From IMG/VR virus record IMGVR_UViG_3300037852_000033, positions 1-57,335 of that record: 57,335 nucleotides of DNA; one strand, 5' to 3'. Below are positions 21,915-32,036 of the stretch, in pieces. The DNA is from a virus (taxonomy: Duplodnaviria; Caudoviricetes). A program made the position numbers and the translations under genes. Positions within the stretch are counted from its first letter, which is position 1. Every line of letters starts with the position of its first letter. The notes under the pieces were generated by a model, which saw only the letters and a program-made list of their open reading frames with translations, did not search any database and had not been told where the DNA came from.

Positions 21915-22514
21915 ATGAAGCACAGCCACTACTACCGCACGTTTGCAGGCCGCAAGCTGGACTTCTATAAGATCGCCGAACTATTTGGCCCATGGCATCC
22001 CGCCCAAGAACATGCCCTCAAGAAGTTAATGTTTGCCGGGGTGCGCGGCAGCAAGAACCTCAAGCAGGACATCCAGGAAGCGGTGGAATCCATCGCCAGG
22101 TGGTATGAAATGCTAGAAGAGGACGAGAATCCGGCAGTAGCTCTTGGAGAGGCTAATGAGAATCAAGACCTCGCCGAGCAAGTCACCGAGCGCGAGCGTG
22201 AGGTCCTAGAAGAGCACAGCACCCAGGATCAACCATCCCCTGAGTTCTCCGAGGACGACCTGGAGGAAATCCGCCAGCAGTCCATCCGCCAGCGCCAGAG
22301 CCAATTCCGCAGCGAGGGCGCTAAAATCCCCGTAAAACGCTCGACCCCCCATATTCGCACTCCTATGCCTCCCAAGCCCACAAAACGCGCCCCAAGGGCC
22401 TCCAGGGCTCCGCAAAAGGCATCCCTGAAGCGCGCCAAACCCCAACAGGACAACCACCGGGGCGACCTCCAGCGCATCCTGGCCCAACGCCGTGCGCAGG
22501 TCTACGATAAATAA
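21915..22514 (+). CDS. hypothetical protein (DUF3310-like N-terminus)
   Basis: HSHYY..DFYKI..HALKKLMFAGVRGSKNLKQDIQEA. Confidence 0.55.
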   Translation: MKHSHYYRTFAGRKLDFYKIAELFGPWHPAQEHALKKLMFAGVRGSKNLKQDIQEAVESIARWYEMLEEDENPAVALGEANENQDLAEQVTEREREVLEEHSTQDQPSPEFSEDDLEEIRQQSIRQRQSQFRSEGAKIPVKRSTPHIRTPMPPKPTKRAPRASRAPQKASLKRAKPQQDNHRGDLQRILAQRRAQVYDK

Positions 22515-22833
22515 GGCAGGCCCCCGCACCCGCAAGCGGCAGGAGATGAATGCCAAACTCAAGCGGCTCTTCATCGAGCAGGGCTGGCCGCAGGAGTGCG
22601 AGCTAAAACTGCCTGGCTGCCTAAAGAACTGGGCTTTAACCTGGGCGCACTCTCGCCGCAGTAGATACCTTAAGACCGAAGAGGAGTGGATGCACGCCGC
22701 TCTCACGTGTGTTAATTGCCATCAGGCCGTGGACTCAAAACCACATAAAGAGACATTCAAGATAATATCTGACGCGATCAATCGCAGGCCAATGGCACGG
22801 CCAGCCTTGACGATCTGCGATCCTGATGAGTAG
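22492..22833 (+). CDS. Zn-binding HNH-like/NinG-type protein
   Basis: CELKLPGC...AHSRR...CVNCHQAVD. Confidence 0.55.
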   Translation: MRRSTINKAGPRTRKRQEMNAKLKRLFIEQGWPQECELKLPGCLKNWALTWAHSRRSRYLKTEEEWMHAALTCVNCHQAVDSKPHKETFKIISDAINRRPMARPALTICDPDE

Positions 22834-22853
22834 TTGTGCTGGGGAGCAGTAAA

Positions 22854-22887
22854 GCGCCAGCAGGCTTATCCTTTCACCTGCTGGCGC
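22854..22887. terminator. hairpin between convergent gene blocks, probable terminator
   Basis: Perfect 11-bp stem GCGCCAGCAGG/CCTGCTGGCGC located between stop codons 22833(+) and 22894(-). Confidence 0.65.
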
Positions 22888-22893
22888 AATTAC

Positions 22894-23322
22894 TTAGATT
22901 TCGACCTTGAATTCCGGTGGCGAATCCAGCGGGCGCTTGAGATCGCCATAGGTTTTATCGCCAACGATTTCCAGTTGATCATCTTCAATGTTCTGGATGA
23001 ACTTGACCAAGTTGAGTAATTGACGCGCCACGAGCTGGCGGGACAGCGTTTGATCCGGCGAGTGCGCCAGCTCATAAACTATCCGTTGCCACCAACACAC
23101 TGGCCGACCGGATAGAGTAATCATCATGGACTTATAGAGTTCATTGGCATTATAAGCCTGACCCGACCAGTTATCACCGAGCGTCTCGGTCATAGCCACT
23201 TGGTCGGCGTCGAAGAGATCGATGTCGTCCACATCCTTCATTCTGTGGCCGCGCATATCCTCCAATTGCTGATCGGTAAAGACACGTTCGTTGTCATCGT
23301 CATCATTCTGTTGTTTGATCAT
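22894..23322 (-). CDS. hypothetical protein
   Basis: Start MIKQQND at 23322 with GAAAGGA SD; the longer track ORF overlaps another gene. Confidence 0.6.
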   Translation of the reverse strand: MIKQQNDDDDNERVFTDQQLEDMRGHRMKDVDDIDLFDADQVAMTETLGDNWSGQAYNANELYKSMMITLSGRPVCWWQRIVYELAHSPDQTLSRQLVARQLLNLVKFIQNIEDDQLEIVGDKTYGDLKRPLDSPPEFKVEI

Positions 23323-23338
23323 GGTGTTTCCTTTCTGG

Positions 23339-23671
23339 TTATAGTTCCCCATTCTCCAGGAGCCTTTGCGACAGCTCCCGACGCAGAATAGGTTCGGCAA
23401 TATCCGCATTACGGCGGAAGATCGCTTGGGCAATCCGGCTCTCGCCATTGCGATAATCCATTCTTTTGACCCCACCCTTGTGCAGGCGGTAGGTGATCTG
23501 GTGCTGACTGAGGTTGGTCCTAGCCATGATCGCCTTATTGGAGAACCCCATGGCCCCCAAGAGGGCCACGGTAAAATCCTCCTCATCATGGAGTAGGTCC
23601 ACCCGCTTTCTGATAGCGGCATGGCGCTGCGGTCGGACAACAATGGCGCGGCTGGCGATATAGGTGGGCAT
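23339..23671 (-). CDS. putative HTH DNA-binding protein
   Basis: GFSNKAIMARTNLSQHQITYRL resembles a LuxR/sigma region 4 HTH. Confidence 0.5.
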   Translation of the reverse strand: MPTYIASRAIVVRPQRHAAIRKRVDLLHDEEDFTVALLGAMGFSNKAIMARTNLSQHQITYRLHKGGVKRMDYRNGESRIAQAIFRRNADIAEPILRRELSQRLLENGEL

Positions 23672-23675
23672 ATCT

Positions 23676-24119
23676 TTAGGCGCGTTTGGCCATCTCCATA
23701 GCCATGGTCACAGCAACGATATTACACCCGCACTCCGGGCAGAAGCGAACGGCAGGGCGGGCCTCCGGTCGTTTTGCGACGGCTGGACTGGCGGCCACGA
23801 CAGGACTCCTGCGCGACAATCCATGCACCCGGCGCTCATGGGCGCGCATATTCACGTCCTTGTCCGTGGTATAACCACAGCCCGGCTCCGGGCACATCAT
23901 TTCCTTAATTTCCAAGACCGCGCCATTGCCTGACCTGGACCGCTGGGCCTTGGTGACATTACGGGTCCAACTTTTGGCCTTTGGTCCGTGCTTCCTATTC
24001 CAGTGGACCATGATGGCCATCTGGGAATCGGTGGTGAAGGAACAACTCCGACACTTATAGGGCGGGGAGTTGTCATGGGTGAACTTGGCCAGACTGGCCA
24101 GTTGATTGTGCTTTTTCAT
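23676..24119 (-). CDS. C2H2 zinc-finger protein with C-terminal zinc ribbon
   Basis: YKCRSCSF....MVHWNRKH, CPEPGCGY....RAHERRVH, FCPECG; GAAAGG SD. Confidence 0.7.
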   Translation of the reverse strand: MKKHNQLASLAKFTHDNSPPYKCRSCSFTTDSQMAIMVHWNRKHGPKAKSWTRNVTKAQRSRSGNGAVLEIKEMMCPEPGCGYTTDKDVNMRAHERRVHGLSRRSPVVAASPAVAKRPEARPAVRFCPECGCNIVAVTMAMEMAKRA

Positions 24120-27100
24120 TTACTTTACCTTTCTTATTGCGCGGCTTTCGCGGCGCGTTTGGTTTTTGGTTTACTGACACTGACATTCGTTTCTTCCTCA
24201 CCGGATTAATCAACGGTTGGATCATCCGGTAGACGTTGAGCACCGCCAGGGACAGCTCATGGAAGGCGTGGATGGTCTTCTCCGCCTGGTCTTGCTTATT
24301 TGTCGATTTCATTGCGGATCAGATCAATCATCTGCCTTATAGCTGGCCCATACTCCTCAGTCATTTCCTGACAGAGCTGCTCGTCCATGGCCATATTTGC
24401 CGTGAGATTACACATCTCCACCATGAGATTAGCGAAGACCAGCAGCGAGGCCGCCCCAAAACCCTTGCCGGAAGAGGGGTCGAATTTGTCTGCCTCATAG
24501 GCCATCCTCTGCCAGACGTGGATCGGCAGCTTTTGGAGGACCTCGCTGGCCTCCAGGACGATTTTTACCCCTTGGCAAACAAAGATCGCCTTCTTACTGT
24601 AATCACCCAGTTGTTTGGTGAGTTCCACTTGCTGTGGAGTTTGGAGATCGAGGTCTCCGGCATTTTTCATTTTCTTATACATGGTTCATTGGTCCTTTCT
24701 GATTGTGGTTGTTTTTACCGTTCTTTCTGATGTTACGGGCGATGGTCGCCACCCCGCTGGCATGGACATATAGCCCCACCGACTCAAACAAGACCTTGAG
24801 CACAAAATGCTCACTGGCCTCCATAATGGCCACCCCGCTAAAGGTGGTCACCACCCCTATAAAGAGCCGGGTGATCCGGCGAGGATGGGGAGCGTTGGTC
24901 CTGCGGTGCAGGTGGTCAGAGATCGCATGCACCGGCCTAATGATGAAGTAGATGCCCTTGGCGATTTTAGTAGGTCGCTTCATCGTCTTGTGGTGGCGAA
25001 ACCCGCCCGATAATTTCCCCTTCACCAGCATCCTTCACGCTCTGCTCGATGCACACCACGATGGCGTCCTTTAACCTATTAGCCATCTCCCTTTCATCAT
25101 AGGTGGTTGCTCCAGCCTCAATGCCTTGCAGCGTGCCATGGATTATTGCCTCATTACTTTCAATAACAATCGTGAATATGATCATAGTCTTGGTCCTTTC
25201 TTTGGTTTATTGCAGTAGTCGTTGTAATTCACACACCTCTTCCAGAATCGACTGGAGGAAGCGTCTCATATCCTCCGGCGTGCCGTCCCCATCGGCGGCC
25301 TTCTCTCCCTTCACGGCATCTTGCTGGATATCGTCAAAGAGCGAAGCAATCTGAGCCCGGAGTTCTTCATCTCGGTCGTTCATATCATCTCCCCTGGTAG
25401 TGATACACCCCACTGATGATCTTGGCCGCGACCACGATAGCCATGGCAATGGCGCACAAGGCCGAGGTCATCGTATTATTCCTAAGAGCGGATTGCACCA
25501 GCTCATCAACCTTTTCCTCATTCATATCATTTCCCCCTTTATTGGCAGCGAGGAATCAAAGTCTTCCCGCGTGATCTTACGCTTCGGGTTGAAATACACA
25601 TTAATGTAGCCATCCTTGGTGATCGCCGGGAGGCAGAGGCAGTGATCCTGCATTTCCAGATAATCCTGCAACTGCCGGGCGGCGTCGTCCTTACTGGTGG
25701 CGCGGACCTCCCCGGCCACGCCAACCTGCCCCTCCGTAGAGTCGCCAAGTTGGAAGTGATACAATTTCTCATGCTGATTCTTATTCATTTGGTTTTCCTT
25801 TCTTTCTTGGCCATGATTTCACGGACCTTCTTCTTGCCATGGCCAGCGGCAAAGAGAAGGGATTGAATACGGACTTCGGAGTAATCCAGGCTCCGCAGGA
25901 AGGAGACCACCGTGGCAATCTCCCTGGCGTTCTTTAAGAGCTTAAGCGCCTGCCTGGCCTCCAGCTCCTTATTTGGATCGCTCATTTGGCCTCCTTTTGT
26001 TGGCCATTGTAGATGCCATTCGATCTGGCGCGGATCAGCCTATCCCTGGCCTCCCTGGCGGCATTGGCTGCATTGGCGTGCTCCATGCCATCTTTGGTCC
26101 CTTTCTGGGCGAAGAGCGCTCTTTCCCTTTCATAAACCTCGTCATACATGACGATCAGTGATTCGTTATCCACCCCACCAATCAGGTTGACTGCCTGGAT
26201 CGGCGGCGGAAGCTTGAAGCTCCGCCGCCACTCCTCCTCAAGCTGCCGCTGGTGCATCTGTTCGCGTTGCCGCTCGGAGAAATGGCGCTGTCGGCTGGCA
26301 ATGCGCCTCTTAATCTCTGCATTGTGCAGACTCTCCATTCTCCTTACTTTTTCGATCTCTTCACGCCTGGCTTGCATCAATGGTTTAGCCGCCTCATAGG
26401 TGGCGTCCAGTTGTGAATTAGTCATTCGTTGCAGCTCGGTGGAGCTAAATCCCACTACCGCCAGCATCTCTATTTTATGAATCCTGTGTCGTTCTTTCAT
26501 TTGGTTTGTCCTTTCTTGGTTTTGTCGATGACCTCGATGCCCGCCTCCCGGAAGTGGCGAGCAATACATTCAAAATCCCGCTGCTGATATTCTAACAGTG
26601 CCTCCGGCGTTGGCGGAACATCCGCTCCATTCTCATACGCCTCCGCCATCTCCGGCAGATAGGGCATGCGATGAACGAGGTGCAACTCATTGCCCTTTTT
26701 CTGGAATAGCAGGCCACTGCGCGGCACCATCCACATTCCACCATCGGCCAGCATCATGAATGTTTTATAGCTCCAGGCGACATCCTCCGGCCTCATACAT
26801 CCTCCTCCGCAGCGTTGACGTTCACAATCTCGTAGATATCGACCCATTGATTTTTACATTTATCGCAATCAACATTGGCCGTCGCAGTGTTAAAACCATC
26901 CGCATCCAGCTTGTCAGAGTTGATCTGGTAACTTCCGCAATACGGGCAACGGTTTGGATTCTTGAGATACTCTCGGACCTGCTTCTTGGTAAGCGGCGCA
27001 CTCATACGACCGCCTCCTTGAGCACTGGACCTACTTCCTCCCAGCGATCCTCTTTACGCAGTGCGATCACTCTGCGCACCTCCTTGGTGGTGGTATCCCA

Positions 27101-28080
27101 TTCACCGGGACGCCATTCTTCGACCAGGACCTTCTGTCTTTCGGTGTCATCGATGTCCAGCATTGCAGCGGTATTATTCATGTTCATTTGGTTTTACCTT
27201 TCGTTGTTTTGCCAGTGGAGATACTGGCGGGGTTGTGAATCTCTCCCTACACACCTCCGGCCCAAGGCCGAAGGTGTGGGTGGGGGTTATCCTTTCTATT
27301 TACTTTGATCCCGAATGGTCCGGCAATACTTAACTACGACGCTGTATTTACCGCTCTCTTTCACCAACTTCCCTTGTTGGTCGAAGGCGGCATACCGGGC
27401 CACGCCCGATGGCCTGGATGTTCTTTCATACACGGTGAGTTCACCGATGTCTTTTATCCTCTTTAGGAGGCAGCCGTTTGACATAGGATTACATGCAGAT
27501 GGCGATCTTGTGCAGGCGTCCAGGACACTCCACGCACGGCCCTGGAGCCGCACATTCATCCACACCCTCGTCTCGGGCATGTTTAGCATCTCGGATGACA
27601 CTGTGCCACCCACCGCTTACCTGCTGCGGATTCTCTCGGTTGCACACCTCAAGAATTTCCGCATCGGTGGCATCCGCTACCGCACACACCTGCATGGCCC
27701 TAAGGCCAGCGTAAGGCAGCGTGACACAGACCCGCTGTCCTGGCTTGGGCATAGGCAGGCTCATGCGACCTCCTCTACACCATTGGCGATCATGTGCAGT
27801 TGCTGCCTAGCGGAGCGGCGATCCTTGCGCCACTTCATTCGCTTGAGGTGATGTTTGAGCCGATGGGTGGCATGACTGTGGCGGTCCACCACTTTCTCGA
27901 TTTTGGTCTCTTTTATGCGGCCTCCTCACATTTGGCTTTCAGCCAATTCAACACCCAGGTAGCCCGTATGGCCCCCAGCTCGAAACGATTGACCCCCAGA
28001 AGCTCCAGGGCTTCCGTGACTTGTTGTCTCTGGACGTGCAGATACCAGGCGGCTTCAGCTTCCATGATTAACTCTTTCAT
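24073..28080 (-). other. minus-strand block of small early-type hypothetical CDSs (e.g. 24296-24682, 24675-24983, 24967-25185, 25207-25383, 25522-25788, 25785-25985, 25982-26500, 26497-26796, 26793-27005, 27002-27187, 27296-27484, 27489-27764, 27913-28080)
   Basis: Overlapping starts and stops; many starts have a GAAAGG SD and an AACCAAAATG-like context; 26793-27005 has two CxxC. Confidence 0.6.
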
Positions 28081-28084
28081 TTTG

Positions 28085-29075
28085 GTTCTATCTTCTTTCT
28101 TTTTCGGCTTGGGAGTTCAAGCCGGATTGTTGCTCCCTACTCTTCTGAGCAGACTGGAGCGGCGGCATTTCTACCGCCGCTCGGTGTCTGCGCATTTCCT
28201 GGGCTGCACACGTGCAGTTTTGGAATCAGCGCCACCTTGCCCATGGAATCGATCTCCATGGTGGTGTTTGGACCCTTGGGCCATGCTGCCTCAGATTGAG
28301 ACATCTGACAGGCATGAGCGAATGCGGAATCTCCACATCCACGATCTATAGCGTCCCATAGCCAGCAGCCCTTAATTACTCGGGCTCACTTTCGCTCTTG
28401 AACTGGCATCGCTACGACCCCCACAGGTTATGGGTTATAGTTTAATCGCAGGATAGGCACCCTTCGGCACCGCCCCGCTTCGCCCCATCATTGTCGCCCT
28501 ACCATCTGGAATCGGCACAGCCGGATCGAGGCGCTACCTCTCACCGGACGCATTTGCCTTGTGCAGCGGCCCCCTTGCTATCGGGGGTCAAAGCCAGACT
28601 GAAACGAACAATTACTCATGCTCTAAAATCCAGCGCCACAATACCTCGCGCTGGGAGCTTACCATCAGGCCATGATTCGGGACGGGATTTAGTCACTTCA
28701 CCCCATGTGGCCTTTGCTGATCGAAGTCGATGGACGAACTTCATGTTGCCATGAGTCATCGTTTGGTTTATCGCTTTCACTGCTCTTGGAGGAGTCAGCC
28801 TGATTATGCTTTTTAGCCATCTACCTGGCTTTACGGGTTTTTAGGCCCAACACGGATTCCCCGTGGAGATCAGGAACGCCGAGCCCACCGGACTATTGCC
28901 AAGGTGGGCGCAGTTCGCCTTATGCTTCGATCTGATAATGTCAAAGAACAACAAGCCCGGCTGAGCTGTCAGCCCTTCGGTGAAGAAGGTTCTCAGTGAC
29001 GGGCGGATAACGGAGCCACCACCGCCAATTGTGGAAATTGGAGCGGGGCCTTGAAACCGAGTCTCTATACCCCGT
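28085..29075 (-). ncRNA. candidate large structured non-coding RNA or leader
   Basis: About 1 kb without a convincing ORF and with more than 12 stem-loops; GAAA and GCAA tetraloops appear on the minus strand. Confidence 0.4.
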
Positions 29076-29154
29076 TTCGGCATTTTCCCCTCTTATACGT
29101 AGTTAATCATAAAGAATAACTTTTGGTGGAGGAGGCTTGACCGGGAGGCAGACC

Positions 29155-29161
29155 GTTGACA
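29155..29161 (+). promoter_or_regulatory. late element GTTGACA, 14 nt before ATG 29176
   Basis: GTTGACA tccttctc T ttgcc ATG. Confidence 0.7.
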
Positions 29162-29175
29162 TCCTTCTCTTTGCC

Positions 29176-29439
29176 ATGGCAATGCAGGACTACCTCATTC
29201 GATTCCGCTCGATGGATACACCGAGCTTAACTGCCTTACAGACTGCACTCATTGCCCAGGAATCTACGTTTGCGCAACAATCGAAAGGAACGACCTCATT
29301 CGCCCGCGATCTTCGCCGGTTCGACGACAAACTCAACTGTATTGCCTATGTCTTACGTGAACGCGGACCAGTCATCATAAACGCTCCAGATCAAACCAAC
29401 CCCCACATTGGCATCACAAATTTTGAGCTGATCGAATGA
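29176..29439 (+). CDS. putative head-tail joining protein (gpW-like position)
   Basis: Small helical protein at the start of the head operon upstream of the portal. Confidence 0.5.
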   Translation: MAMQDYLIRFRSMDTPSLTALQTALIAQESTFAQQSKGTTSFARDLRRFDDKLNCIAYVLRERGPVIINAPDQTNPHIGITNFELIE

Positions 29440-29897
29440 GCCGAGAAATTCCACTCACAAAGGGAAAGGTCGCCATCGTTGATGACGATGATTATGAACG
29501 TGTGATGCAGCACAAATGGTATTGCAGCAATAATGGATACGCTAAACGCGGAGTTGGCGCACATGGGAAAATCCATCAACTCCTTCACCGCTTCATCATG
29601 AATGAACCAGAGGGGTTGCAGGTGGACCATCGCGATGGATACAGGCTGAATTGCCGTAAGGAGAATTTACGGGTTTGCACGATGTCGCAAAATGGATGCA
29701 ACCGAGGAATGCAAATCAACAACACCTCCGGTAGGAAGGGTGTTACCTGGTGTAAGAAGCGAAAGAAGTGGCAGGCCCAAATAACAGCCAATGGAATCCA
29801 CAAATATATTGGTCATTTTTCAAGCGTAGATGAGGCTGGTGACGCCTATGCGAAGATCGCTATTGAGCTACATGGAGAATTTGCTCGGGTATCATGA
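29436..29897 (+). CDS. HNH-AP2 homing endonuclease (paralog of 21439-21912)
   Basis: IPLTKGKVAIVDDDD, VDHRDGYRLNCRKENLR, NTSGRKGV, HGEFA. Confidence 0.9.
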   Translation: MSREIPLTKGKVAIVDDDDYERVMQHKWYCSNNGYAKRGVGAHGKIHQLLHRFIMNEPEGLQVDHRDGYRLNCRKENLRVCTMSQNGCNRGMQINNTSGRKGVTWCKKRKKWQAQITANGIHKYIGHFSSVDEAGDAYAKIAIELHGEFARVS

Positions 29898-31792
29898 CAA
29901 ACACAAACGGAAACGGCACGCGAGAACTCCACATGGCCAGACTCTATGATGGCCAAGGCAACACCGTGACAGAATGGAACCCACGGTTTGAAGCCGTGAA
30001 ACGAGAGATTCAATTCTCATCGACCTACAACCCAGCCGTAGAACGCCGTGGCCGCGCTCCACATCTGGCCGCCAAGGCTGGATCAGAAAACTGGATTCAG
30101 AATAGGGACCGACTGAAGATGATGGCGGACGCACGGGATGCTGCTCAATACTCATGGATTGGCGGGGTCCTGGCCCGCATCGTCCTCTACGTCTGCGGAA
30201 AGTGCCACTGCAAGAGCAGCACTGGGGACGACATGGTGGACGCGGCTTATGACGACTACTTCCATGCTTGGTGTGGTGACACTCGCAACGACGACGGCAC
30301 CACCCGCTGTGATATCACTGGCCGTCATCGCCTGCTCAAGATGGTGCAAATGTCTTTCCTAGCCTTCTTGGTGGATGGAGACTGCGGACTAGTGGAGGTG
30401 GACCCACTTCTATCTCCAACCGCCCAACTCGATCTGGAAGGAAATCCCATCCCAGGCACCGGAGATTACTGCCTACAGTGCATCGAGGCCGACCGAATCG
30501 GCAGCCCCATAGAAACCGAAGTTCAGGAGGATTACATCGGCGGCGTGAAGATCGACATCCAGACCGGACGGGTCATCTACTACCGGGTCTACCGCCGCAC
30601 GCGGACGAACATGTATGTGGACAAACGGGAGCTGGAACCCAAGGACTTCATCCACGTCTTTGATGCCGACCGCTCGGATGAATACCGGGGGAGGACCAAG
30701 CTACTCCGACTACTCAACGACCTTCGGGACATCCGAGAAACCTTCGAGTCCGAGAAGGTGGCCATCAAAACTCAGAGCCAGTGGGCGGCCTTGGTCTCAA
30801 CTAAGGACCCATTCAACAACACCGGCTCCGCAGCCTGGGACGGTAAGACCATGTTCGGCACCCCCACCCAAGAAGCGGTTTGGGGGAAGATTCTCAAGAT
30901 GGGCGAAGGGGAGAACTTCGACATGCTGGCTCCATCGGCCCGCCCCAGCGGATCGACATTGGCTTTCGTTCAGACCCTAATCCGCATGATGTCTCTGAGT
31001 CTTGGGTTGTCCTACGGGCTTCTCTGGGATTTAGCCTCTCTTGGTGGGGCGACCGCCCGCATCGAGGTCCAGTCCGACCTGCGCAAGATTCAATACTGGC
31101 AGGACAACATCATCGCCAGCATCATCTTGAACCGCATCCGCAAGAAGGTCATCGCCCAGGGAATTTCCAGAGGCGAACTCCCTGCCGTGCCGGGATGGGA
31201 GAAATGCTCCTGGAACTTCGGCCCGCATATCACCGCCGATCTGGGTTACGAGATGGAAGCGGATATCCAGAGCGTCCACAGCGGGTTCCAGACGGTCGAA
31301 GCAATTGCCGCCAAGCACGGCAAGACCACTCGCGACATCTTCGAGCATAATGCGGATACCTTCCTTCAGGCCCTCAAAGTTGGAGCTGAGAAGGGTGCCC
31401 CAGTGGAAGCATTCGCGGGCGGATTGTATCCCGACGGAACCGAACTCAAGGCCGCCTTCGATATCAGCGGACCTGTCCCGCCACCCCCTCCTCCAGCCGG
31501 ATCGATCGCGGCCATCGGGGACAAGGGAGTGGCGAAGCTGCTGGAGCTTCTGGAAGATGTCGGAGACGGATCGATCGATCGCGAATCCGGCATCGAGACG
31601 GCCATACGGGTGTTTGGCCTCACCAGGGGACAGGCAGAAAAGATCATGCCAGAAGAGCCTTCAGAAGAAGAACTCAACCGCGCCGCAGGGTTGGATACCA
31701 AAGGCCGCCATGCTCCTATCGTAGCCGCTGGAAGCGCCAAGCCCGGAGCCAACAAGAGCACCAAGGCCAAGAAGAAGACCAAAAAGAAATGA
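29894..31792 (+). CDS. portal protein, lambda family
   Basis: R..MMADARD, CDITGR, LVDGDC, IEADRI, GVKID..GR...Y.V, IHVFD..R..EYRG, LGLSYGLL. Confidence 0.88.
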   Translation: MTNTNGNGTRELHMARLYDGQGNTVTEWNPRFEAVKREIQFSSTYNPAVERRGRAPHLAAKAGSENWIQNRDRLKMMADARDAAQYSWIGGVLARIVLYVCGKCHCKSSTGDDMVDAAYDDYFHAWCGDTRNDDGTTRCDITGRHRLLKMVQMSFLAFLVDGDCGLVEVDPLLSPTAQLDLEGNPIPGTGDYCLQCIEADRIGSPIETEVQEDYIGGVKIDIQTGRVIYYRVYRRTRTNMYVDKRELEPKDFIHVFDADRSDEYRGRTKLLRLLNDLRDIRETFESEKVAIKTQSQWAALVSTKDPFNNTGSAAWDGKTMFGTPTQEAVWGKILKMGEGENFDMLAPSARPSGSTLAFVQTLIRMMSLSLGLSYGLLWDLASLGGATARIEVQSDLRKIQYWQDNIIASIILNRIRKKVIAQGISRGELPAVPGWEKCSWNFGPHITADLGYEMEADIQSVHSGFQTVEAIAAKHGKTTRDIFEHNADTFLQALKVGAEKGAPVEAFAGGLYPDGTELKAAFDISGPVPPPPPPAGSIAAIGDKGVAKLLELLEDVGDGSIDRESGIETAIRVFGLTRGQAEKIMPEEPSEEELNRAAGLDTKGRHAPIVAAGSAKPGANKSTKAKKKTKKK

Positions 31793-31902
31793 AACCCAAA
31801 TCGCTGCTTACTAAAATCATTGAGTTCACTCAATCGGTGTTTGGATGTTTACCGAAAGCAATCAAACCACTGATTAAAAAGAAGACAGCCAAGAAGAAGT
31901 AA
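31789..31902 (+). CDS. 37-aa basic peptide carrying the KIIEF motif (not in ORF track)
   Basis: ATGA overlap with the portal stop; MKPKSLLTKIIEFTQSVFGCLPKAIKPLIKKKTAKKK. Confidence 0.55.
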   Translation: MKPKSLLTKIIEFTQSVFGCLPKAIKPLIKKKTAKKK

Positions 31903-32012
31903 TATGGCCCGCATTTGCGCCACAATGCCCGTGGCCGCGTTTTTATTCGCCGGGAGTAGTCTGGTAGCGGACCAGGGGTCCGGCGCATTCCTAGGGCATT
32001 TCTGGACAGAGC

Positions 32013-32019
32013 GTTGACA
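32013..32019 (+). promoter_or_regulatory. late element GTTGACA, 17 nt before ATG 32037
   Basis: GTTGACA tggctgca T aaatagcc ATG. Confidence 0.7.
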
Positions 32020-32036
32020 TGGCTGCATAAATAGCC

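Noticed and set aside
27794-29083. ORFs 27794-28351, 28491-28754 and 28841-29083
   Set aside because: Atypical composition, the first is antisense to real genes, and the region is better explained by RNA structure; 28841-29083 has a purine-rich upstream tract and cannot be fully excluded
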